From contig CAWKKR010000006.1 in NCBI GenBank assembly GCA_963850305.1, positions 205,269-269,268 on the forward strand: a DNA stretch of 64,000 bases, written 5' to 3'. The notes below the pieces were generated by a model that made no database searches, was not told the DNA's origin, and saw only the letters and a program-made list of their open reading frames with translations. The DNA comes from an uncultured delta proteobacterium. GTDB lineage: Bacteria; Myxococcota_A; Polyangia; Polyangiales; Polyangiaceae. Below, piece after piece: positions 52,718-63,983 of the stretch. Made by a program: the position numbers and the translations under genes. How positions within the stretch are numbered: position 1 is the stretch's first letter; every line of letters begins with the position of its first letter.

Positions 52718-53075
52718 GAAGGTCTTTTGCCTTCCCGAGTTGAGAGAACGAGCGTTGCCTACTGCGCTGCACACGCTCCCGGAGCGCACGGTGTGAGGAG
52801 GTTGGCCCCGGGAGCGGAGCCCGCGTCTTCGGGCCCGGCCAGGGTGGGAGAGCGGCCTGCGCTGAAGCCCGACACTAGTTGGCGACCGAAACCGGGCACG
52901 GCGATGCTTTCGCCGCTCAGCAGTTTCTCAATACCGCGCACGGTCGATGCCAATCGGGGTGGAACGACCGGACTCGATACCCCTTGTTTTTGCCTCGGGA
53001 CGCGCGGCCGGCGCGCGATCCGGTCATCGCGCTTCCCTTACGCCCACCGTTTGGCTAAAGGCCGCTTCGGAAAAC

Positions 53076-55211
53076 ATGGTCACCCGCATCCCTCTCGAGC
53101 GAATTCGTAACATCGGTATCTCTGCCCACATCGACTCCGGCAAGACGACGCTCACCGAGCGCATCTTGTATTACACCGGGCGGATTCATCGGATCCACGA
53201 GGTCCGTGGGAAGGACGGCGTGGGGGCCAAGATGGACTCCATGGATCTCGAGCGCGAGAAGGGGATCACGATCCAGTCCGCCGCCACGTACTGCATCTGG
53301 AAGGGTTCGAAGGAGCATCTCGAAGAGCATAACGTCAACATCATCGACACGCCCGGCCACGTCGACTTCACGATCGAGGTGGAGCGCGCGCTTCGCGTCC
53401 TCGACGGTGCGATCTTGGTCCTCGACTCCGGCAAGGGCGTCCAGAGTCAATCCATCACCGTCGACAAGCAGATGAAGCGATACCAGGTGCCGCGTATCGC
53501 GTTCGTGAACAAGATGGATAACCCCGGCGCAAACTACGAGCGCGTCGCGACGATGCTGAAGGAGAAACTCGGACACCACCCGGTGAAGATCCAGGTCCCC
53601 ATGGGAGCCGAGGATCGATTCGCAGGCATCATCGATCCCATCGTGGAGAAGGCGTTCTTCTTCGACGGTGACAACGGCGAAATTCTCCGAGAAGAAGCAA
53701 TTCCGGCCGAGTACGCGGAGAGGGCAGCCGAAGCTCGGCAAGAAATCATCCAGCAGGTCGCCGATGTCGACGACACGCTCGCCGACAAATTCCTGAACGA
53801 GGAACTCATCGGTGTCGATGACCTCCGCGCCGCCATTCGTCGCGCGACGCTCGCGCTGAAGATGACGCCCGTCATGTGCGGTTCGGCATTCCGGAACAAG
53901 GGCGTCCAGCTCTTGCTGGACGGCGTGATGTATTACCTGCCGAATCCGAAGGAGGTCGTGAACGAAGGGCACGACCAGACCAAGAACGAAGAAAAGATCG
54001 TGATCGAATCGGACCCGGTGAAGCCGTTCATCGGGCTCGCCTTCAAGCTCCAGCAGGACAAGTACGGTCAGCTCACCTATTTCCGCGTGTATCAGGGTCG
54101 CGTCACGACCGGGGACACGATCTTCAACACGAGCAACCAGATGCGCAAAGTGCGGGTCCCGCGCATGTTCCGGATGCATTCGGACGATCGTGAGGAGATC
54201 GAGACCGCGGAGTGCGGAGACATCGTGGCGTTTTATGGCGTGGAAGCGAGTTCAGGGGAAACGTTCACGGATGGCAAGGTGAACGTGACGCTCACCTCCA
54301 TGCACGTGCCCGCCGCGGTGATCTCACTTGCGGTCGCGCCCAAGGATCGGAACGCGGAGGCCAACTTCTCGAAGGCGTTGAACCGCTTCACGAAGGAGGA
54401 TCCGACGTTCCGAGTCCATCAAGACGAGGAGTCGCAGCAGACCATCATCAGTGGAATGGGCGAACTCCACCTCGACATCTACATGGAGCGGATGCGTCGC
54501 GAGTACAACTGCGACGTCATCGCGGGGAAGCCGCAGGTCGCCTACCGCGAGACGATCACGCAGCGCAGCGAGATCGCTTACACACACAAGAAGCAAACTG
54601 GTGGATCGGGCCAGTTCGCACGTATCAACGGGTTCATGGAGCCGCTGCCCCCCGACGCGGTGGAGACGTACGAATTCGTCGACGAGGTCGTCGGCGGATC
54701 GATTCCGCGTGAGTTCATCCCGGCTTGTGACAAGGGCTTCCGTGAGGGAGTGAAGAAGGGTGCACTCATCGGGTTCCCCGTAGTGGGCGTGCGTTGCACC
54801 GTGAACGACGGGTTGGCGCACGCGGTGGACTCGTCGGAGCAGGCGTTCCGGACGGCGGCACTCATGGGGTTTCGCGAAGCCTATTCGGGGGCGAAGCCGA
54901 CCATCCTCGAGCCCATCATGAAGGTCGAAGTCGAGGCCCCGACGGAATTCCAGGGCTCCGTCGTCGGGCAGATCAACCAGAGACGCGGCGTCATCCAAGA
55001 CACGACCACCGACGAGAACGTCACCATCGTCGCCGAAGTGCCACTCAATGCGATGTTTGGCTACTCGACGGATCTGCGCTCGGCCACCCAGGGCAAAGGG
55101 AACTTCACGATGGAATTCTCTCGTTACGCGGCCGTCCCGAAGCAGGAACAGGACGAAATGATTAAGAAGTACCGGGAAAAGCTCGCGCAGGAAGCCGCCG
55201 CGCGAAAGTAG
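53076..55211 (+). CDS. fusA: Elongation factor G (stand-alone)
   Basis: [37 protein letters not shown] and [10 protein letters not shown]. Confidence 0.97.
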   Translation: MVTRIPLERIRNIGISAHIDSGKTTLTERILYYTGRIHRIHEVRGKDGVGAKMDSMDLEREKGITIQSAATYCIWKGSKEHLEEHNVNIIDTPGHVDFTIEVERALRVLDGAILVLDSGKGVQSQSITVDKQMKRYQVPRIAFVNKMDNPGANYERVATMLKEKLGHHPVKIQVPMGAEDRFAGIIDPIVEKAFFFDGDNGEILREEAIPAEYAERAAEARQEIIQQVADVDDTLADKFLNEELIGVDDLRAAIRRATLALKMTPVMCGSAFRNKGVQLLLDGVMYYLPNPKEVVNEGHDQTKNEEKIVIESDPVKPFIGLAFKLQQDKYGQLTYFRVYQGRVTTGDTIFNTSNQMRKVRVPRMFRMHSDDREEIETAECGDIVAFYGVEASSGETFTDGKVNVTLTSMHVPAAVISLAVAPKDRNAEANFSKALNRFTKEDPTFRVHQDEESQQTIISGMGELHLDIYMERMRREYNCDVIAGKPQVAYRETITQRSEIAYTHKKQTGGSGQFARINGFMEPLPPDAVETYEFVDEVVGGSIPREFIPACDKGFREGVKKGALIGFPVVGVRCTVNDGLAHAVDSSEQAFRTAALMGFREAYSGAKPTILEPIMKVEVEAPTEFQGSVVGQINQRRGVIQDTTTDENVTIVAEVPLNAMFGYSTDLRSATQGKGNFTMEFSRYAAVPKQEQDEMIKKYREKLAQEAAARK

Positions 55212-55403
55212 CAGCCGTCCGGCACTGCAGGCGGAGATCGACTGCGTCGGGGGCTTCGCATAGGGGGTAAGCGGTGTGGATGTCCTATTTTTGATCACAT
55301 AGGGTGTGTGAACTCGCGAAAGCGCTGTCGTTTCGCATAAGGTCCGCCGATCAACCTTTCCTTGCGCGGGGAAAAGCGAAAGGGAAGACCAAGGCCATCG
55401 GCA

Positions 55404-56027
55404 GTGAAGGATAGAAAGGCCGCGCTCATACTCGTCATCGACGACGAGCCGCTGCTCGCCCCCTATTACGACCGTTTCCTTCGTGCCGAGGGTTTCGACG
55501 TCGCCGTGGAGGCGACTCTGTCCGGGGCATCAACGTATCTCGATGACACGAGGCGGCCGGAACTCGTCGTCCTGGACCTCGAACTCGCGGACGGTCAAGG
55601 GGATTCGCTCGCGTCCCGGTTCAAGGCGCTCGCGTCGCCGCCCCCGATTCTCGTGGTGAGCAGTCACATCACCGCCGCCCGCATGGCGGCGTTGCTGCCT
55701 CATGTCGACGCCGCACTTCCGAAGCCGCTCGACCCGGAGTCGTTGATTCGAAGCGTTCGGTTTCTCCTCGATTCTCGGCCGGAGTCCATCGTCGCGCGGT
55801 TCGCGTTGGCGCATAACTTGAGTCTGCAGGAGACGGCTGTGCTCAATCACGCTGTCGCCGGGAACAACAACAAGGAGATCGCACAAATACTCGGGTGCGA
55901 GACCCCAACGATTGCGACGTACTGGAACCGCATCTTCAAGAAGACGGGGCGCCATTCGCAGCGTGACGTGCTGGGCAAGCTGTTCACCTCGAGCCGCCTG
56001 CCCGGGGCCCCGCAGCGGAACCGCTGA
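55404..56027 (+). CDS. Response regulator, REC plus LuxR-type HTH
   Basis: IDDE, VLDLEL, KP; LSLQE..VL....G..NKEIA..L. Confidence 0.85.
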   Translation: MKDRKAALILVIDDEPLLAPYYDRFLRAEGFDVAVEATLSGASTYLDDTRRPELVVLDLELADGQGDSLASRFKALASPPPILVVSSHITAARMAALLPHVDAALPKPLDPESLIRSVRFLLDSRPESIVARFALAHNLSLQETAVLNHAVAGNNNKEIAQILGCETPTIATYWNRIFKKTGRHSQRDVLGKLFTSSRLPGAPQRNR

Positions 56028-56124
56028 AACAGCGGGAGAACCGGGGATTTTCCGTTCGTTCCGCGCGCCGCGTCGCCGAAGCGCGCGGCCTCGCCCGACG
56101 TGGGTTACCCTACGCGGCCGTCCC

Positions 56125-57487
56125 ATGAACGAGCAGCGCTATCAGGTGATCGAGCGCATCGCGGCCGGCGGAATGGCCGAGGTGTATCGAGGAGAGAGTG
56201 CCGGCGTGGAGGGCTTTCGGAAGAAGGTGGCGATCAAGCGCGTTCTCCCGCAGCTCTCGGCCAATCGCGAGTTCATCGATATGTTCCTCGACGAGGCACG
56301 GCTCGGCGCCTACCTGAGCCACTCGAAGTGCGTGCAGGTCTTCGATATCGGGCAAGGTGGTGGCGCACATTTCATCGTGATGGAGTTCGTGGACGGTGCG
56401 GACCTCCAGAGCGTGCTCGAGTTCCTCAGAATCTCGCGACCAGCTCATGCCCATCGAGTTCGCGTGTCACGTCGCGCTCGGGATCTGCGAGGGGCTGTCT
56501 TACGCGCATCAAGCCTGCGACCACCACGGCACTCCACTCAACATCGTTCACCGAGACATTTCACCGCACAATGTCCTCATGACGAAATTCGGCGAAGTGA
56601 AGCTCGTGGATTTCGGACTCGCCAAGGCAAGCTCGCACCTCGTCGAAGAGAACGAGGACATGGTGAAGGGCAAGTTCGGGTACCTCGCACCAGAGGTGAC
56701 GCTCGGGCAGGGCTCGGATCACCGCGTCGACATTTTCGCGACCGGGATCTTGCTCTGGGAGATGTTGGCCGGGCGGCGCCTGTTCCGTGGAGAAACGGAC
56801 GTGGATACGTTCAAGCTGGTCCGGGCCACCGTGGTGCCGGATATCCAGACGATTCGAGCGGAGGTGGGCGACGCACTGGCGAAGGTGGTCATTCGAGCGC
56901 TCGCGCGCGATCCCAAGGACCGTTACGCGACCGCCGACGAGTTCGCGCGAGATCTCAGCCTCGTACTGATCGCCGCGGATCGTCCCATCACGTATCTCGA
57001 TCTTGGCAAGCTCGTTCGCGAGGCGGCCGCCGATCGCGCCCGAAAGCGCAAGGCGGAGGGCAAGGAGAACCCGGGTGTCATCGGCGACCTCATCCTGGAC
57101 GCCATTCACCAGTTCTCGGGTGGGATCGACACGATGCCGGAGAGCGAAGGGCCTCGCCTGGGCACGCGTGGCGTGAAGAGCGCAACGCAGGACTTCGTGG
57201 ACCCGGCCGCATGGGGGCTCGACGCTCTCTTCGACGAGCCGGCACCCCCGAACCCCGCCACGCCGCCGGTCGCGCGACCCGCGACGCCTGGACCCACGGC
57301 CCCCGCCCCGCCGCCCGTCGCACCGGCAGCGGCTGTCGTTCCCCCGCTGGCGGCGCGCCCGATGGCACCTCCGACGGCCGCGGCGGCCCCGCCCACGCCC
57401 CAGGCAGCGGCAGAAAAGCCGCGACCCGCGGCTACTGCCATCGCGACAAAGAAAGAAGGAACCTTCTGGAAGAAGTGGTTCGGCTGA
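56125..57487 (+). CDS. Cytoplasmic Ser/Thr protein kinase, +1 frameshift at ~56430
   Basis: GGMAEVY, VAIKR, HRDISPHN, DFG and APE; Pro/Ala-rich tail. Confidence 0.9.
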
Positions 57488-57515
57488 GCGCAGCTCGGAG
57501 CCGTGACGCCGGACC

Positions 57516-58548
57516 TCAGGTGCTCCGCTCTGAAAGCTTCGAGGCGACGTCTTCGAGGAGGCCCCGTGCCTCGCTCTTGGGTACGAGCTGGAGGATGTCG
57601 AGCGCCCGAGCCGTCTTCTCCGCAGCGAGCCGTCGGACGTCCGAGCACGCCCTGCTTTCGAGCACGCGGCTCCTCACCTCCGACAGCGATGCGTCATCCC
57701 CGCCGCGCACTCGATGGACCAACTCCACGAGAATCCGGGCTCCGTTCGATCGCCAGGACGAGCGGCAGGGTCATCTTGCCTTCGCGCAAGTCGGCGAGCG
57801 TCGTCTTGCCGCTGACCTCGCTCGAGTAGTCGAGTGAATCGTCCACGAGCTGAAACGCCATGCCCACGAGCTCCCCGACGGTCTGGAGCCGCTCCTGGTC
57901 CGTGCTTCCCGCACCGCCGAGGCGAGCTCCCGTTCCCGTCGCCCAGCGGAACAGCGAGGCAGTCTTGCCGCGGAGGATCCGGTCGTAGGTGTCCCGCGAC
58001 ACGTCGAGGGCGACACGGCCGCGGAGCTGAACGATCTCGCCGTCCACCAGCTCCCGGAGTGTCGTGAAGAGGCTCGGTAAGACCGCGGGCACATGGCGCC
58101 CGATTCTCTCGAGCGCGTCAACGAGAAGCAGATCCCCTGCGAGCACGCTGACCCCGTTGCCCCAGAGAATACGCGGCGTCGGAGCACCGCGACGTTCCGT
58201 CCCGTCATCGATGACGTCGTCGTGGAGCAACGTCGCGGTGTGAACCAACTCGGCAACGAGCGCCGCCTCGCGCACGACTGGCGTCACGCTTCCAAAACAG
58301 GCGCAGCTGAGCAAGAGCGCCATTGGCCGCACGCGCTTGCCACCGCGTTCCGCGAGGTGCCTCGCCGCATCGCGCCCCGGCCGTTCGCTGCGATTGGCAG
58401 CTTCCAGGAGCGCCGTATCGATCCACGCCAGATCGTCCCTGAGCAAAAGCTGCAGCTCACTCAGCCTCGAGAGCAGCCGACCGTCCGCAGACTGCTCCGC
58501 AGCGGAACGGGCCAGCGAGTTTACGGCGGCTTGGATTGGAAGGACCAT
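57516..58548 (-). CDS. Polyprenyl diphosphate synthase, +1 frameshift at ~57732
   Basis: GGKRVRP, LLHDDVID..RRG, GKTASLF, FQLVDD and DLREGK.TLP. Confidence 0.92.
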
Positions 58549-58658
58549 GTCGAGGATCGCTCGCTGGCAAGCGGAACCCCGACTAACGCGTCGCGGCCGA
58601 GACGGCAAGGCTCGAGACTTCGCGGGTCCCCCGGTCGGCCTGGGTCCGCGAGTCAGGC

Positions 58659-59610
58659 TCAGGCGCCGGTGTATCGGAAAGCCAGGAACGTCACGTCATC
58701 CTCCGCCTTGCCCCAGGCAAGCACCGTGGCCGACAGCAATGCGACGATATCGCGCGCCGGCTCGTTCGCCAATCTCTCGAATTCTGCCACGAGCCGTTCG
58801 TCGCCGAACATCTCGCCGCTCTCGTTGCGGATCTCCGTCGCGCCATCCGTGTGAAGCAAAGGACGTCGCCCACGCCCAGGGCCGCCGTCGAGTCGACCGT
58901 CCCGGCCCGGATATCCCGGCGACCGCCGACCCAGGTCCCCGGCGTCCAGATCACCTCTGCACACCGCTCGTCCGCCTGATAGATGATCACGTCCTCGTGC
59001 GCGCCGGCGAATGTGATCCGCCCGCTTCGGTCGTAGTGCAGGAGCGTAAACGCGGCGTGATCGTCCCGGCAAAGGCGCTGCCGGACGTTGACCTAAAGAA
59101 CCTCGTTCAACAAACAGACGATGCTCGACGGCGTCGCGCTTGGATCACGTGCGACGAGCGACGCTACGATGGACTGCATCATGAGCATGATGAGTCCCGC
59201 GTCGAGTCCATGACCCGCGACGTCCCCGATGCCGACCCACGCGCCGTCCGTGACGGGCAGGATGTCGTAGTAGTCCCCGCCGACCTCGCTCGCCGATGCC
59301 ATCAGAGCGCCGACGTCGAGAGCAGGGATCGCGACATCGCCAGGCAGCAGAGACGTCCGGATACGTTGCGCGAGATCGATTTCCTTGTGCAGCTGTTCTT
59401 CGCGAAACCGGACGGCAGTTCTCATCACGTCGAACGCCCGGGCCAGATCACCGATCTCGTCGTTTCTCCGCCCGTCGACCGTGACCCCCACGTCTCGTTC
59501 GGCAAGCGCGCTGGCCGCTTCCGCCAGGCGCGCCAGCGGGCCTGCCAGGCACCTCCGTCCGAAGGCTGCGAGCAACAACGCGGTGGCGGCGGCGATACCC
59601 GAAACGGTCC
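58659..59610 (-). pseudogene. HAMP-SpoIIE/PP2C phosphatase pseudogene
   Basis: DEIGDLA, EVGGDYYD, GDVAGHG, TDG and EDDVT; in-frame TAG at 59093, frameshift near 58855, 5' truncated. Confidence 0.85.
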
Positions 59611-59690
59611 GAGGCGTACTTGGCGGCGTTCTCCAGGAGTTCATGCGTCGTGAGCGCCAGACTGGCGAGGCCGCGATCGTCGATCACCTC
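59610..59690 (-). pseudogene. HATPase (anti-sigma kinase/SiaB-like) N-box fragment
   Basis: LALTTHELLENAAKY fused directly onto the HAMP fragment. Confidence 0.6.
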
Positions 59691-59725
59691 TCGACGAGCT
59701 CGCGCTTACGGCAGAAGCGACCCGG

Positions 59726-59935
59726 GTGCGCGAGGTCGTGTTCGATTGGAAGGATCTCTACTTCATGAATTCGTCGTGCCTGTCCTTGCTGCTACGATTC
59801 ATGAACCGCGCGCTCGAGCTTGCCGAGCTGCAGCGGTACAAGCTCAAGTTTCTCTCGAATCCGAACCTGAAGTGGCAGGCGAAGAGCCTGCAGGCGCTGC
59901 ACGCGTACGCAAAAGAACTCATCGTCGTCGAATGA
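59726..59935 (+). pseudogene. STAS-like (anti-anti-sigma/SiaC-like) C-terminal fragment
   Basis: VVFDWKDLYFMNSSCL..WQAKSL pattern; N-terminus missing. Confidence 0.65.
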
Positions 59936-60181
59936 GCGGAGTTGGTGGGAATCGGCGCTCGCGGTGCGCCCTCGGCGTTCTCCTTGCGCCGTAGGAGTGG
60001 TTCTCGAGCCGTTCTCACGCTCGGCGGACGCGACCGCCGTTGCAACGCCCCGATGATCGTGTGCGCGCTCAGGCCGTCGGGGCCGACCGTGGCGTTCGAT
60101 TGCGCCCCGACCGGACCGGACGGCTGAAGCACGATGAGCCATTGTACCACGAGCCATTGGCACTACACTTGGGGCGTGACG

Positions 60182-60373
60182 ATGCCAGAGCGAAAGCGGG
60201 CCCGAGTACTCAACGTCAGACTGGCCGAAGAAGAGACCACCATGCTCGCTGCGCTGGCCGAGCAAGACGGGCTCAGCGTCTCTGACTGGGTTCGCCGTGC
60301 CATTCGAACGTCTTTTCGCAGGGCTTTTCCGATCGTTCAGCCTCCGACGAAGACGAGGCGGACCCCCAAGTAG
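60182..60373 (+). CDS. Ribbon-helix-helix (CopG-like) DNA-binding protein
   Basis: LNVRLAEEE..ML..LAE..GLSVSDWVRRAI. Confidence 0.78.
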   Translation: MPERKRARVLNVRLAEEETTMLAALAEQDGLSVSDWVRRAIRTSFRRAFPIVQPPTKTRRTPK

Positions 60374-60477
60374 GCTTCTGGCGAGACCAGATGACGTTCA
60401 AAGCCCACGCCGATCGGGCCATTTGCTTCACGGGATTGACGACAACGTACTGCACCCCGCCGCCTTGATACGTCGGC

Positions 60478-60899
60478 TGGTGGTAAGTGGAACCAGCATC
60501 GCTGGTAACTCATTCGGCCTGCAAAACCCGCTCTTTGCGACCTACGTCGTGGCCGCCACGATCATGATCCTCAAGGCCGCGAGCATGTCGTGGCTGACGG
60601 TCGCTCGCATGCTCGGAGAAAACCGCGGATTCCGCTCTCCCGGGGACGTCAAGAAGACGCCGTTCAATCCCGACCCCGACCCGAAGCAACTCCTGCCGAA
60701 CGCGGCGGTCGAACGGATCCGGAGGATCCATCTGAACGATCTGGAGAACATCCCGTTCTTCCTCGTCGCCGGGTTCCTGTTCGTCCTCACCGATCCGTCG
60801 CTCGTGCTCGCGCGCGTCTTCTTTACGGCTACGCGACACCCGTGCGCTGCTCTGAACCTCATGGCGGGCCGGACGCTCTTCGCGGCACTCGCACGCTGA
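60478..60899 (+). pseudogene. MAPEG-family protein, frameshifted and 3' truncated
   Basis: VERIRRIHLNDLENIPFF motif; reading frame degenerates after ~60820. Confidence 0.75.
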
Positions 60900-60929
60900 C
60901 GGTCTTCGCGCTCAGGCCGCGGGCGTTCG

Positions 60930-61775
60930 TCAACGGTGAACGAGTCGCCCGATCGCACCCTGCTACATGGAGTTGGCGTGCGTCGTGACGTCCCAGGTGC
61001 AATTCGTCGTGGTCGTGGCGGTGCCGGGACACATGTCCTTGACGAAGGACGCCCAGATGTCCCCGTCGGGCGCGTATTTCACCACGATGATCTCGTTGAG
61101 GTCACCGCCCGAGATCACGCCCGCGTAGCCGGAGTCGAACCCTTGCGGGAATAGCGACCTTCGACGGCTACGTCGCCGAGTCCACGAATGCGCTCGACGC
61201 CGCGCCCACTTTCGTGAACCAGGGTTCCGATCGACGAGACGTCAGCGGGCGGTAACTCCGCGCCCGCGACCTCCTGCATCGTCCATGTCTGACCCTCGTC
61301 CGCGCTGACGGCGATGCCGAGGTGCGTGCAGAGACGGAAGCTCTGGTAAACGGTCCCGTCCTTCCCCACGACGCCGTTACCCGCGATGATCCACTCCGTC
61401 GGATCGCAGCCCGGTACGTCCGCCGGTTTGAGACTCACCGGCGTGAGTGCCTGCCACGTGTTGCCACCGTCGAGCGACTTGAAGAACTCTTGATGGTCGG
61501 GCACGACAGAGAGGACCGGCGTCGACGTGGGCGACGGTGCGGACAGGTAGACGACGTTCGGGTACCCCTGCGTGACGCTCGTGACCGGTGGGCCAGCATA
61601 AATCTTGAGCCAGTCGACGGACCCTTCCGCGACCTTCACGTAACTCCAATCGCCACCGCCGTCGCCGTCGAGCGCGTTCGCGTCCGCGAAGGTGAGATCG
61701 TGACCGGCTCCCGCCGTCGTCGAGAAGAAGATCCGGTCCGTCGTTGGGTCTCGATACATGTACGGCTGGGACCGA
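60930..61775 (-). pseudogene. BNR/Asp-box (sialidase-like beta-propeller) gene remnant with deletion, inversion and nonsense codon
   Basis: SLDGGNTW and SADEGQTW Asp-boxes; C-terminal piece YAPDGDIWASFVKDMC with an in-frame TAG. Confidence 0.7.
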
Positions 61776-61824
61776 CCGTGGGTTCCGCCGCCCGGAAATC
61801 TCGGCACGATGCTAGGATGGGCGC

Positions 61825-62262
61825 GTGCCCGACCCGTCGCCCGATCGCCGAAAGCGCATTGTCCGCAAGGTCCTCGTCGCCTTGCTCGTGGTCGTCCCGC
61901 TCTGGGCGGCGGGCATCTACTATTTCTTCTTCTATGCGGGCGGCACGCGAGCGATCGTCACGGCGTATGCCGCGGCCGCGAAGGGAGGCGGAGAATCGAA
62001 GCCTCTCCTGCCCGACGCCGACTCCGACGAGGCCCGTGCCCTCTTCGCGGCGAGCGGCGACTGGAGGATGCGCAACTGGACCCTCGACTCCCCTGACGCC
62101 ACGGGCTGCATCTGGACCGACGTCACCTCCCGCGAGGGCAAGAGCACCCCGGTCGCTTTCTTCCTGAACGAGCGCGACGGGCAGTGGAAGATCGCGAGAG
62201 TGAGCGCCCGAAAGAGCTGCGTTTGCTCGGACGCGGACGATAAATGCACGATGGCGCCCTGA
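61825..62262 (+). CDS. Hypothetical membrane-anchored protein (NTF2-like C-terminus)
   Basis: N-terminal TM; FFLNERDGQWKI; apparently intact. Confidence 0.6.
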   Translation: MPDPSPDRRKRIVRKVLVALLVVVPLWAAGIYYFFFYAGGTRAIVTAYAAAAKGGGESKPLLPDADSDEARALFAASGDWRMRNWTLDSPDATGCIWTDVTSREGKSTPVAFFLNERDGQWKIARVSARKSCVCSDADDKCTMAP

Positions 62263-62334
62263 AGGGAGCACCGAGCCGTCGAGCCCCCCCGCCCCGGGAT
62301 GCCATCGGCCCCGCGGGCCGTGCACCCTCGGCGC

Positions 62335-62545
62335 ATGGCGCATCGGGGGGGGTGGGCGGCGCTCGGGCTCGTGGCCGGAGTCGCGTGCGGAGGCGGCACG
62401 GCCGACGGGCCGGGCGGAAACGTGGGCGGACGCCACGGCGCCGTCGAGGGGAGCACCCCGTTCGACCCGGTGAACGCGGACCACGACGGCGACGGCGTGG
62501 GCGATCTCTTCGACCTCTGCCCGGCGCAGGCCGAGGACGGCCAGG
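62335..62545 (+). pseudogene. Lipoprotein/thrombospondin-3 repeat fragment
   Basis: VAGVAC lipobox; DHDGDGVGDLFDLCP..AED. Confidence 0.6.
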
Positions 62546-62712
62546 AGCCGCCCGAAGAGACGCTCGCGATCCCCGAGCAGGTACCGAAACGCGCCGGCTC
62601 AACATACCGCCCGTGGGCCGAGCTTCTCGCCCGCACGTTCGCCGTGGATGTTCTCGAGTGCCCCAAGTGCAAAGGGCGGATGAAGTTGATCGCGCTCGTG
62701 AAGAAGCCTGAC
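62545..62712 (+). pseudogene. IS91-family (Y2) transposase C-terminal fragment
   Basis: WAELLARTFAVDVLECPKCKGRMKLIA zinc-ribbon motif. Confidence 0.75.
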
Positions 62713-62716
62713 GCAC

Positions 62717-63112
62717 TTGGCGGGCAATCTCGTCGCCCTAGCGCTCCTGGGGCCCATTGCGGAACGGGCGTTGGGGCACCTGCGGTTCCTCTCGGCATAT
62801 CTGGGCGCCGGCATCGTTGCCGGGATCACGCATGTGGCCATCGATCCGGCGGCGACAACAGTGATGGTCGGCGCGAGCGGCGCGGTCTTCGCGTTGCTCC
62901 CAATCGCCGCCGTGGTTCGACCGAGAACGCTCGCCTTTATAGGCCCTTACGTCGTCCTCAACTTGCTGGGGCTCGTCCTCCCACAATCGCTTTTCGCGAT
63001 GCCGGGCGTCGCACTTGGCTGCCACATCGGCGGCTTCTGCGCCGGCAGCCTGGTAGCGTTAGTAGGGCGAGTGCGCGGGACCGTGGAAGTGTGGCGACTG
63101 GGCACGGCGTAG
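62717..63112 (+). pseudogene. Rhomboid protease C-terminal fragment
   Basis: HLAGN, G..ERALG..RF..YL, GASGAVF and HIGGF. Confidence 0.78.
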
Positions 63113-63120
63113 GTGTTTCA

Positions 63121-63642
63121 GTGCGCCAGGCAAAGCCTGGATGAGGAGGAAGCGATGTAGACGAAAGCCGAAACCTCACGAGGGACCCGAGCGGGCGACG
63201 GAGCCCGTGCGGCAAAGGTTGACCACCAGCCGGAAGCGAGTCTTGCGTGGCCGTACGACCGGGCAACCGGGAAGGAAAGCTGCGAAGCGTAGACAGCGAG
63301 CGAACAGGCCGTGTGATTGAGCCCCGAAATCTACGCCAGCGTGGAAACCGACGTTTTTGAATTCACGGAAGGCAGTATCGACGCGCCGCGAGGCGGCGAG
63401 ACCGCGACCATGCAGGGGAATGAGGCACCGGCGAGAGGCGAAAGCCGCCGGCAACAGCGACTCCCCCCGAGCTTCGGTCGTCCTCAAGGGTCAGGGCGCG
63501 CCGGTTCCACCGGGGTCTGAGAGCAGGGCATGAGCGCAAGGGTCCCCCAGGAACCTGGGAGACCTCGTCGTCTCCGTCGCGCGCGCGACGGTACCGCGGA
63601 GCGAAGAGACAATCGAAGCGAAGCGGGATGGGCGGCGGGGGG
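63121..63642 (+). ncRNA. Group II intron 5' portion (domain I region), truncated, no RT
   Basis: GTGCG start; GCGAAGCGTAGACAG, TGATTGAGCCCCGAAA, GGGGTCTGAGAGC.GGCATG and GGAACCTGGGAGACC motifs typical of bacterial IIB-type introns. Confidence 0.8.
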
Positions 63643-63850
63643 CCGCGAGGAGCTCCACTCGGGCGACTCGACCCAGAAGGCGATGACGTTCCACGACCTC
63701 CGCGCGACGGGTCTCACGTGGATGGCCGTTCGCGGCGATGACCCGCTCAAGATCATGCAGCGCGCGGGTCACGCCGACTTCAAGACGACGCAAGGTTACG
63801 TGCGTGAAGCTGAAGCAGTGCGTGAAGGGTTCGGCGAGCCGTTTCCCGTC
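63643..63850 (+). pseudogene. Tyrosine recombinase/integrase C-terminal fragment
   Basis: Manual translation FHDLRATG..IMQRAGH..FKTTQGY (HxxR, H and catalytic Y). Confidence 0.85.
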
Positions 63851-63983
63851 GTTGCTCGAGAGCGAGCCGAGCGATCCAAAAGAGCCCGAGGACGACGGCA
63901 GATCTTCGTCGGACTCTTCGGAGCCCGTGACAGAGCTCCTGTCACGGGAGCTGTCACAAGCCGCTCAAGTATCCGAAAGTATT

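Noticed and set aside
52720..53075. Possible ncRNA or riboswitch upstream of fusA
   Set aside because: No recognisable conserved motif or convincing structure by eye
57230..57440. C-rich quasi-repeats
   Set aside because: Coding Pro/Ala linker of the kinase
58550..58660. Second att copy at the left edge of the island
   Set aside because: No match to the tRNA 3' 17-mer seen; only a GC hairpin near 58616..58654
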